A stretch of 64,000 nucleotides of DNA, taken from assembly GCA_048013815.1 (NCBI GenBank), contig CM106586.1, forward strand, positions 20,522,001-20,586,000. Direction: 5' to 3'. This document shows positions 51,866 through 60,934 of this stretch, in pieces. Under the pieces are notes generated by a model, which was given only the letters and a program-made list of their open reading frames with translations, was not told the DNA's origin and ran no database searches. The DNA comes from Setoptus koraiensis (lineage: Eukaryota; Animalia; Arthropoda). Each line of letters opens with the position of its first letter. The stretch's first letter is position 1. The translations under genes were made by a program, and so were the position numbers.

Positions 51866-51948
51866 ACTACCTAATTAAACTATTAACCTACGATATTAAG
51901 ATATTACAAAGCAGAATATTATTATTACCATTATTATAATATATTACA

Positions 51949-52332
51949 CTATTTTTTATATTTACCAACACTGTAGTGGGTAGGCTCGTGGTCAGCGTCT
52001 TGCCACTCACTTAAAGATCCCCATTGATCATCATTACCCTTATTGACAAATGGCTCTGGAGCTTTCGATCTTGCCTTCTCAAACTCAGCTAACATTGAGT
52101 TTTGATAGGTGTCACAAAACTCGTTATGCTCAGCCTGATGACCACATTTTATTACATGGGATGATTTATGTTCACAATACTGTAGCTTTCCGGTGGTAAA
52201 CTTGCCCTTTTGATTGGGGTGTTCCGCACATTTGGCCATATGTGAAGTAATTCCGCGTTCTTTAGTTTTAACGTCACAAATGATACATTTTATGAGTATG
52301 CCATTCTCGTCTGTTCTTGAAAAGAATGCCAT
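51949..52332 (-). CDS. GTSF1: GTSF1/Asterix-like small zinc-finger protein (127 aa)
   Basis: The second finger CEHKSSHVIKCGHQAEHNEFC is exactly C-X5-H-X9-H-X3-C (U11-48K/CHHC). The first finger ends HMAKCAEHP, like GTSF1 HLIKCRKNHP. The acidic Trp tail is DDQWGSLSEWQDAD. Confidence 0.68.
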   Translation of the reverse strand: MAFFSRTDENGILIKCIICDVKTKERGITSHMAKCAEHPNQKGKFTTGKLQYCEHKSSHVIKCGHQAEHNEFCDTYQNSMLAEFEKARSKAPEPFVNKGNDDQWGSLSEWQDADHEPTHYSVGKYKK

Positions 52333-52355
52333 AATCTAATATGAGAGGATTGAAT

Positions 52356-52485
52356 CTGAGGTGATAAGTTTATTATTACTATTAGTCTAATTACATACGC
52401 AAACGTTGAACGACTTAAGCACAAAAATGTGTATGTAGATACATGTGTTTATTTACACACATATTCTAGTTATTTATCCACCTAC
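52356..52485 (-). other. Candidate 5'UTR intron of the GTSF1-like gene (130 nt)
   Basis: AAG|GTAGGT ... actaat...cttatcacctCAG|, ending 23 nt before the ATG. Confidence 0.65.
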
Positions 52486-53065
52486 CTTGATGATTTCTAA
52501 ATGATTGAATCAAATAATTTCCACAACTTATAACGAAAGATAATACCAAGTGATTTATTTAGAATAATTTGATAATAACGTAGATAGTAGCAACTTGCAC
52601 TGAGAACCGTATTTATCTCAAACAAAACAACACTCAGATATTAACATCGAGCACACACACACACTATTACAGGCGCACACACAAACAATAGCACGATTGA
52701 TAGCACGAGGGTTCTGGCTAGAATATCGGTGATTCATTGCGAAAATTCGCACTGCCATACATACTGTGCAAAATGGCACAGACAAACAACTCCTAGAGCC
52801 TAGGCACATCTCACTCTTTTTACTAAGTGCACATTACAGTGCATGCACACATCCTTAGATAACAGCGACTGCGCTCGCACAACACAACAAAATCGCCTAA
52901 ATGCAATCTTTTACTCACATTGTAGTCAATAATTTTCAAAGAATTAACGTTAAGATGATGAATCTTTGAGAAATGATATTTTTTATTATTATACAAATCT
53001 ATTCATGTTAATACATACATACTCATTTATATGTGCTGGTCTCTATATTTATTAGTCTGTCAATA

Positions 53066-53647
53066 ATGTTATTCAATCAAATTAAGAAGACTCTAAATCT
53101 TCTTCAGCTCACGTGCAAGCGCACGGTGGTGGGTAAGCCGGACTTCAGATACGAGAATCACTATCGTGGTCATTTCGAATATCATGATCAAAACAAATAT
53201 CCTAGAGGACTCGCCAGAGCAAAAGAGGAGGAACTATTGGCTGATATAACTGAAATTCGAAAAAAAGAAATACAGCCCTCCCCGTTTCATCTAGTTAGAC
53301 GAATACAACCAATCGGCGGGTGTCCGTGGTGGCAAAAAGTCATCTTGAGAAGATTGAATTTGCACTCTAGTTATGCTGGAGACGTTGAAGTCATACCCAA
53401 CACGCCTCAATTCAATGCCTTATTGTCGAAAGTAAAACACCTGATACAGCTAAAGCCGGCCACATTTGAAGACGGGAAGTTTATCTCAGAAAGTGATATT
53501 GGCTCATTGAAGATTTGCTTTGAGACGGGAAAGATTACCAAAGACGAGAGGCTACGTCAGAACGAAAAAAGACTATGTCCTGAGAGACCCGTCTTGTTTC
53601 GAGGGAATCATCTCAGGTTTCACTTAGCCCGAATGCATAGGTTCTAA
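53066..53647 (+). CDS. MRPL30: Mitochondrial ribosomal protein L30 (uL30m), intronless
   Basis: PSPFHLVRRIQPIGGCPWWQKVILRRLNL...VIPNTPQFNALLSKVKHLIQLKP matches the uL30 core. I take ATG 53066 (MLFNQIKK, transit-peptide-like) as the start; the track's 53033 start is GTG. Confidence 0.88.
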   Translation: MLFNQIKKTLNLLQLTCKRTVVGKPDFRYENHYRGHFEYHDQNKYPRGLARAKEEELLADITEIRKKEIQPSPFHLVRRIQPIGGCPWWQKVILRRLNLHSSYAGDVEVIPNTPQFNALLSKVKHLIQLKPATFEDGKFISESDIGSLKICFETGKITKDERLRQNEKRLCPERPVLFRGNHLRFHLARMHRF

Positions 53648-53767
53648 GGAACATGAGCCGCGCAACCGAAATCGATTCATTGACTAGTACAAGATTATCG
53701 TTTATTTGACTATAGGTATGAATAGATTCGTTATCGTAACATTAACGAAAAATATCAAATGGATATC

Positions 53768-54991
53768 TTAATTAAACAACGAGGAAAATTCCTCGTCTGT
53801 GTTGAGATCAAGAACATCGTCATCGTCGTCCTCATTAGTGGCCATGTCATTTTCTTCATCATCCTTCAAAGACTTATTCGAATCTAGAGATTCACTGGCT
53901 GACGTATGATGCTGGTTCAGACTATTTTGGGCTCTTCTAGATTTGATAACATCATTTATTGATTTTTGGATATCATCGGCCAAATCAGGAATTTCAAATT
54001 GTGACTTTTGTTTTGTTTTTGTTGACAAACGTCTGATATCGGTCATATCCGCATCATCATCTACAGAAGCCGTTTGAACAGGCGATTCTCGAACGATCTT
54101 ATCAATAGAGTCTCCACACTTCTTAAGTTCGTGATCTAAGTAAGTGAGACATCTGTACCTGCTAACATAGATATCATAAACGCGATCCATTTCCTCATTC
54201 AATTTATCTAGTTCCGCTTTGTGGCTTGGAGCTATTGCCTGCAATGCCTCCAGCCGCTCTTTGGCATGAAGCACCTCGGTCTCCTTGCGCTTTAATTTAG
54301 TCTCGACATCGGTGAGATCATTTGTTATGTTTTTAAGCAACCTATCCAATTTCACATCCAATTGGATAAATTCACTATGCTGACTTTTCATTACCTTCTC
54401 AACTTCATCTAGCTCTAGTCTTCGTTCGATTATTGAGTTTCTTAGTTTTGTATTGCTCAATTCTTTAGGTAGAAATTCGGCTAATGTGTCAGCCGATTCT
54501 AATACGTTACTGGCCAGCTTACTGAAATCTGTTTGTTTGATAGTCTGTCGAGCCTTCTCTAAATATATTTCCAACGAGGATTGGCTAACATCATGAATGG
54601 CCATAGTTGCTTTGCCATGATCATCATAGGGAGGATTGTTGCCACTGGTCAAAGAATCCTTGAGATTTGTTGTTAACTTTTTCAGTTCTACTCCGGCTTC
54701 AAAATCGGCTTTGTATAACTTCCTGCTATCGAGTATAATTTGCGCATTTTTGGCGAAAAATCTGACTATATCGCGCAGAAAGATCAATCTGGACGCCTCA
54801 GAATCTTCTGGCCTCTTAATAATGTCATCTTGACTAAGTGAGGCCGGGTTGTACTTCTCTGTAAGCCAAAGCAAAATGTCTACCACCAGATTAATGTTGG
54901 GTTGCCGAAAGTGCTCAGCGCAAACATTGTGAGTGTAATTGAGAAACCTCAACATTTCGCAAAGTTCACGCACTTCCCTAAGTAGAGACAT
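53768..54991 (-). CDS. CLUAP1: Clusterin-associated protein 1 / IFT38 (IFT-B subunit), intronless, 407 aa
   Basis: MSLLREVRELCEMLRFLNY...HFRQPNINLVVDILLWL...KLYKADFEAGVELKKL; coiled coil ending LERLEALQAIAPSHKAELDKLNEEM..VYDIYVSRYRCLTYL; acidic tail. ATG at 54991. Confidence 0.92.
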   Translation of the reverse strand: MSLLREVRELCEMLRFLNYTHNVCAEHFRQPNINLVVDILLWLTEKYNPASLSQDDIIKRPEDSEASRLIFLRDIVRFFAKNAQIILDSRKLYKADFEAGVELKKLTTNLKDSLTSGNNPPYDDHGKATMAIHDVSQSSLEIYLEKARQTIKQTDFSKLASNVLESADTLAEFLPKELSNTKLRNSIIERRLELDEVEKVMKSQHSEFIQLDVKLDRLLKNITNDLTDVETKLKRKETEVLHAKERLEALQAIAPSHKAELDKLNEEMDRVYDIYVSRYRCLTYLDHELKKCGDSIDKIVRESPVQTASVDDDADMTDIRRLSTKTKQKSQFEIPDLADDIQKSINDVIKSRRAQNSLNQHHTSASESLDSNKSLKDDEENDMATNEDDDDDVLDLNTDEEFSSLFN

Positions 54992-55029
54992 TTTTTTAGT
55001 CTTTGAAGAAAATAAGATAATTGTCACAG

Positions 55030-55136
55030 CTGGAATCTTACATCCATGCGAGATTCAGTCACATTTGAAAATGATAGTATCTCATAAAATATGGATCTCA
55101 TATTATGTAATATACCATATTATGATATATATGCAC
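55030..55136 (-). other. Candidate 5'UTR intron of CLUAP1 (107 nt)
   Basis: GAAG|GTGCAT ... gattcCAG|, ending 38 nt before the ATG. Confidence 0.5.
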
Positions 55137-55300
55137 CTTCGTTGGTTAGCAAAAAGTCCGCGAGGGCGGCGCTGCACTGCATTCTCTACACACTTAAATG
55201 TGAGCAGCGCCTCTGTTGGATCTTCCATGAAACATCGATGCACATTAGAAAAATCTCAAGCAGCATGCAGTATTTTTGTGAAGATAATGCATTGTGGAAG

Positions 55301-55545
55301 GTAACGTAGCTTAATCTGTAGGAACTCGACTACTTGCAGCCACGCACAGTGTTTGCTAAATTTTATACACTCACAAACATACACTCAGATATACAAATGA
55401 TTTGATTTGTGACAAATCGAATATCTAACAGCCGACGAAATCCAAGACAATTCATTGTGGACACCAAGAGAAAATATTATTATTATTGGCATCATCATCA
55501 TTAACACTATTGTCACTATTATACATCATTGATATTATTATTCTA
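55301..55545 (+). repeat. Dispersed leader element, copy 2; coincides with a candidate PSMB3 5'UTR intron (55301..~55555)
   Basis: Homologous to 50120-50471. Starts at AAG|GTAACG; possible acceptors cgAG (55551) or acAG (55555) lie just before ATG 55566. Confidence 0.88.
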
Positions 55546-55565
55546 AACGAGACAGACGGGACACC

Positions 55566-56183
55566 ATGAGTATAACAGCCTACAATGGTGGTTGCGTATT
55601 GGCAATGAGGGGCAAGGATTGCGTGGCCATTGCCACCGACAAACGATTTGGTTCCAGAGGACACACTATCTCGTCTAATTTCCAAAAGGTCTTCAAAATG
55701 GGACCATCCCTTTACATAGGATTGCCAGGTCTAGCCACGGATACCACAACTGTTTATCAGAAGCTCAGATTTAGATTGAACATGTATGAATTGAGAGAAA
55801 ACCGAAGGATCAAGCCCAAGACATTTGCCTCAATGGTGGGCAATTTACAGTATGAAAAACGATTTGGCCCATACTTTGTCGAACCAGTTATTGCCGGCAT
55901 TGACCCAAAAACTGGTGAAACCTTCATCGGTAGCACGGATGTCATTGGCTGTCTAAACGAACCCGAAGATTTCGTGGTCGCTGGTACATGTGCAGAGCAA
56001 TTATATGGTATGTGTGAGACGCTATGGGAGCCTAACTTGAGCCCCGATGATCTCTTCGAGGTCATAAGCCAGGCCTTGATGAACGCTTGTGATAGGGATG
56101 CTATCTCTGGTTGGGGTGGAACAGTATACATAATCACAAAAGATTCAGTGACGGTGAATGAACTTAAAGCAAGAATGGATTAG
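55566..56183 (+). CDS. PSMB3: 20S proteasome subunit beta type-3, intronless, 205 aa
   Basis: [29 protein letters not shown]...[16 protein letters not shown]...[10 protein letters not shown]...LKARMD: canonical beta3 sequence and length. Confidence 0.98.
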   Translation: MSITAYNGGCVLAMRGKDCVAIATDKRFGSRGHTISSNFQKVFKMGPSLYIGLPGLATDTTTVYQKLRFRLNMYELRENRRIKPKTFASMVGNLQYEKRFGPYFVEPVIAGIDPKTGETFIGSTDVIGCLNEPEDFVVAGTCAEQLYGMCETLWEPNLSPDDLFEVISQALMNACDRDAISGWGGTVYIITKDSVTVNELKARMD

Positions 56184-56336
56184 GACTGGTAGGATTTTTA
56201 TAAGAATTATTTCTCTTTAATTAACGCCAGTATCAGTAATGCTAATCAGTTTTGGCAACAATAAAGCTACCTTTCTGTGTAGAACCTTTCATTTTTAGCG
56301 CACATTCAGGCGCTAGTTTTGAACTTTTCTAAAGTC

Positions 56337-56836
56337 NNNNNNNNNNNNNNNNNNNNNNNNNNNNNNNNNNNNNNNNNNNNNNNNNNNNNNNNNNNNNNNN
56401 NNNNNNNNNNNNNNNNNNNNNNNNNNNNNNNNNNNNNNNNNNNNNNNNNNNNNNNNNNNNNNNNNNNNNNNNNNNNNNNNNNNNNNNNNNNNNNNNNNNN
56501 NNNNNNNNNNNNNNNNNNNNNNNNNNNNNNNNNNNNNNNNNNNNNNNNNNNNNNNNNNNNNNNNNNNNNNNNNNNNNNNNNNNNNNNNNNNNNNNNNNNN
56601 NNNNNNNNNNNNNNNNNNNNNNNNNNNNNNNNNNNNNNNNNNNNNNNNNNNNNNNNNNNNNNNNNNNNNNNNNNNNNNNNNNNNNNNNNNNNNNNNNNNN
56701 NNNNNNNNNNNNNNNNNNNNNNNNNNNNNNNNNNNNNNNNNNNNNNNNNNNNNNNNNNNNNNNNNNNNNNNNNNNNNNNNNNNNNNNNNNNNNNNNNNNN
56801 NNNNNNNNNNNNNNNNNNNNNNNNNNNNNNNNNNNN
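56337..56836. other. Scaffold gap (500 N)
   Basis: Exactly 500 N, probably a placeholder size; order and distance across it are unverified. Confidence 0.99.
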
Positions 56837-58594
56837 GTCACGGACACCCCGTTACGTAATGTCGAGCACACATTACATAACACAATATCGCGCACACAAT
56901 GCAAACAGAGTGATCACTCGAGGGCGCATTCTAGCGGCAATTGCCGGCCCGATATCAACGAGTGCGAGCCAGCGCCATCGAGTGGCGGCCAGTCTCGAGA
57001 CGGCACAAAAATAAATCCGCAACAAACACTCGGCCGGCCACTTTGTCATTGTGCTCGCGCCAAGTTGCCCCAATAATCACACTGCGGCCAATTATATTTT
57101 TCGCCGGCTCGCCCCCTGCTGTCCAGACCAGGCCACCGCCGACCGGACTCGGCCAGGCCGCCAGTGGGCGAGGTCCGAGCGGACAGAACCTGAGTGAGCG
57201 GGACAAGAGCGGATCGGACGGGCGCACAATCGCGACACAGCGGTCATTGTTTGCGTGCCCATTGCTCGAGCGACCATTCCGCCCACGCACATGACACAGA
57301 CACAGATACGGACACAAACAGCAAACAATTTGCACCGTCAGACAACCTCGGCGCCGGGCTGCCGCACGCGGCAAACAACTGCCCACGGGCAAACAGTTTT
57401 GAGCTTTGGGTTTTGGGCTGCGAGTTTTGAGTTTTGGGCTGCGCGTTTTGAGCCTCGGCCTCGACTTTGGGGCTCTCATCGTCGGGTTTCGAGTGAGCTC
57501 GATCTTTGAGAGGCTCGGCGAGCTCGCCAGGTGTCACGCCATCTGCACAAACTGCGACGCAACGACGGCACGGATATTCGACGGCGGCCAAGACGGCGAC
57601 AAAATGGGAAAAATCCGAGATTGTGAGACTGGCAGCGTATATAGGTGCACATTGAGTTTTTGTTGTCAATGGCAAGATCGATTATTCGTCGCCGATAATA
57701 GACCGACTAATAGCCTCCGCGCGACTGCAGCGACTGCAGCGACTTTGCCCGGCCCGGCCGACGCGGCGGAAGTTGGTCGCACTCTGGCGGCGCGCACAAT
57801 TAACTAATTGGCTATTCATGTTTACTCAAGTTCATCACTAATTTAAGGTGCGCTTGCCACCTCGAGAGTGTCTGCTCAACTGTGTAAAAAGTGTCTCATT
57901 AGTGGCGCCGGTCGTCAATGGTTGATCACACTTATAATCACACTTACACGCCATTTATTTGGCCAGCTCATTTGCTTATTGGGGGGGCTATTTAGCCATT
58001 GCTACATATGACGCGGCCCAAGCGGTTGGCTTAATAAAGCTCGCCGATATAAGGTGAGCTTATTAGGCCCACTTTATATCATTGGCTCCTGTATATTTTT
58101 AATCAAGACAGGCCGGGGTGCCAAGACGGGCATGCGCATTGGCCCGATCTAATCTAATTTGAATAAGCGCGCCGCGAATCAAGCCCGGCGAACGTGTGAG
58201 GCGACAATTGCGCGTCGGGCAAAGTGGCGCCCGCGCATTCAGCGGGGGCTCTCGGCGCCCCAATAGCCGAGCAGCCGAACATCCTAACAGCCGCACGCGG
58301 GCTGGCGAGCGCCCAAAGAAACCAAAGTGAGGCGCCCGGCAAGGATGCAAGGATCACTCTTAAGCCGCTCGCTAAGCTTCCGCAAGCTAATTTTTTACAT
58401 TTACCTACTCAATGGACTCGCGCTGATACGATAATACCCACTACGCTGCCCTGCCCGCACTGCGGTACGGGTACACTATACGACAATAATGAGGCAACGG
58501 GGATCAGCGTTGAGCGGGCATCTGGGGAGGGGCTGTCGTGTAACACGGACGATAAATAAATAACAACTAATGGGGATTTGTCACTTTGACTTAC

Positions 58595-58603
58595 CTTAGA
58601 TAT
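58595..58603 (-). other. Candidate 9-nt microexon (ATATCTAAG)
   Basis: aacaaCAG|ATATCTAAG|GTAAGT. It is preceded by ~185 nt with no AG, containing ACTAAT and a pyrimidine tract ~150 nt upstream. Confidence 0.4.
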
Positions 58604-58997
58604 CTGTTGTTGATCATCGTATGTTTGTTTGTCGGTTGTTGTGTGCGGTGGTTGGCGGTTGTTGACGATTACGCAACGTGCAACGCGGTCAGATATACAC
58701 GCAGAGATGTACACAGAGAGATATACACAGAGAGATATAAAAAGAGAGAAAGATTAGTTAATGAAAGCAACAATATTACGGCCACCGCGCTTGTCCTCTG
58801 GGCTTTGGCGCTCTGGGTACTGGCGAGGTATTTGGGGTGGTTTGCCAAAAATGGCTGGCGAGGGAGGTGCGGAACATGAAAAGCGCGTGACATGGGAGGT
58901 CGCGCGAAGGGGGAGCGTCCCCGACAGCGGAAAGGGAGAGCGCGCCCCCGACAGCGGACAGGTGAAGAGGTGAGCGGGTCAAACAGTGATTAGTTAC

Positions 58998-59943
58998 CTG
59001 AAAAGAAACGACATGCTTGCTGTTTCTTCGTGGCCACTTTTGTGTTTACTTTTTCCACTAGAATGACTGTTGCCCAGATGATGTGTCCCATAAACGTGTC
59101 TTTTCTTGTGTTTCTCCAGATCGGATCCAGGTTTGTCGGTGTTGTGATGTTGTTGCCAATTGTAGTTGTTGTTTTGTCCGCTAGTCGGTGATCTACATTT
59201 GTGATGCTATAATAATAGTGATGAAATTTGTTATGATGACGAAAAGTGGCGCCAGCGGCGCCGGCGTTGGCTTGTGGCGGCGGATAACTGAACTGACAAT
59301 TATAACTATAATTGTAGTTGTAACCACTTTGGTTAGCTCGCCAATTGGCCAGATGACACCGGACGTAGCTCACAACGGTTAGCTGACGGTTGTGGTGCCC
59401 TCTTGTTGACAATATGTTGTTGTTGTTGTTGTTGTTGTGTGATGTAGTGTGTTGGTGGTTGTGGTTGTTGCGATGACAATGCAACAACAACAGTAATATT
59501 AATTCAATTACTGATTCTAATGCTGATGATAATGATTGTATGATTGTTGTTTTTTGAGTACAATTTTGTGTGATGATACAGACAGCAACGGCTGACTTGT
59601 TTAAATGTTGAAGCTTCAAAAAGTAAAGCCCCGCTAGACGAGATTGAGTGCGAAGATGAATTGAATTCGGTTGCCAAGACGACAACAATAATGATGATGA
59701 CTTGTCAGATGGCCACTTGCTGCTGCTGCTGTTAGGTAATTTGCTGTTGTTTCGATTGCGATGCGACGATTGTTTTACGAACGGTTCACATTGTTGTATT
59801 TTTTCGGTCATGTTGTCGATGACAAACATCGTTGGCGATTCGTCGGCAAATATGAAGTTGAGTGAATTGGGCGAATTGGGCGAATTGGGCGAATCGGGGG
59901 TGAAAGAGATAATTGAGAGGCGATTAGTCAATTGTTGGCTCAC
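58998..59943 (-). CDS. Possible first exon of an unidentified minus-strand gene (H/N/S-rich 317-codon frame, or only a 17-nt MSFLF(R/S) start at 59014)
   Basis: A long open frame ends exactly at a donor TCAG|GTAACT (58997). No conserved domain is recognisable, and the reading frame used is ambiguous. Confidence 0.35.
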
Positions 59944-60887
59944 TAGGTTGTTGGCGCGGGCGAGTGTGTGGGGCGAACCATCAGCATGAACATGTAATCA
60001 TTTCGAACGCTCAACGATCTGGCTAGCTGATATGGCCGACCCGGCGCAACCAAAACGATTCTCGTGTACGCAAGCACAGTAACCCTCAGACTAATTTGTC
60101 CATGGGCGCTCATTAATACAATTTGTAATATAATTTGTTTTCACAATTTGGGCCTCGCTCTCCTTTTATCTGGCTCTATCTACAGCTATTGCTCGCAACA
60201 CTTTCTTGTTTATTCCGGCGACGCATTGCATTATAGACACAATATACACTGCAGCAGGATATTGTGCGCAAATCTGCAGCACATAGCGCCCGGTTACAGG
60301 TAGTTAGGTATTAGGTAGTGCAGTTACGCAATACAGTTATTTACAGCTATAGCCCCCCTGACTTGTGGGCCACTGCGCGTTATCTGTGCGCTGTGCACCC
60401 ACAAGTGAGTGTAAATAATACACTGGCTGCCGAATAATACTGTGCCGACTAGAAAATCTACACTAACAAAGTGATTGTAAGTGATTATTGCATCATCATT
60501 ATTGGCTGCCGATGATGGAAAGGTGGGCCAGGTAAAAAATCAAATTGAAACACCAAATCAGCCGCTAACAAGCGCAGCTTGTAGGTGAGGTCTAGTCCGC
60601 ACAAAGTTTGTTGGAGGGCGCGCGCGAATCAAACAGTCGCACCAACCGGGCCCCGCGCGGGCCACCTTGAACCCGCCGCCGACGGGCCGCTGCCACTATC
60701 TGATGCGCCCGGGGTGCGGCGAGCGGCGCATGCTCGACCCGCGGGATTACGTAAGAGTGGCTCATTATCAAATATATGGATGTAAGTAATTGATTTCTCC
60801 CGCATACCGACTGCTCGCCGCCGCCAGCTTTTTGCGCGAGCTACTTCACGCGATATTCGCGCGATATTCACGCGGTGTTCACGCGAT

Positions 60888-60934
60888 ATTCGCGCGATAT
60901 TCACGTGGTATTCACGCGTGAATATCGCGCGAAT
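60888..60934. repeat. Perfect 18-bp hairpin at the end of a tandem repeat (60845-60934)
   Basis: attcgcgcgatattcacg-tggtattcacg-cgtgaatatcgcgcgaat. Confidence 0.93.

Noticed and set aside
56319-57014. ORFs 56319..57014 and 56329..56904
   Set aside because: Artefacts of translating through the 500-N gap.
58998-59014. MSFLF(S/R) start resembling MOB1/Mats (MSFLFSSRSSKTFKPKK)
   Set aside because: No downstream exon encoding SRSSKTFKPKK is visible between 56837 and 58997; five residues are insufficient. It could only be rescued if the rest lies in the gap.
60431-60452. taatactgtg matching the miR-8/200 seed
   Set aside because: Seed-only match with no hairpin.
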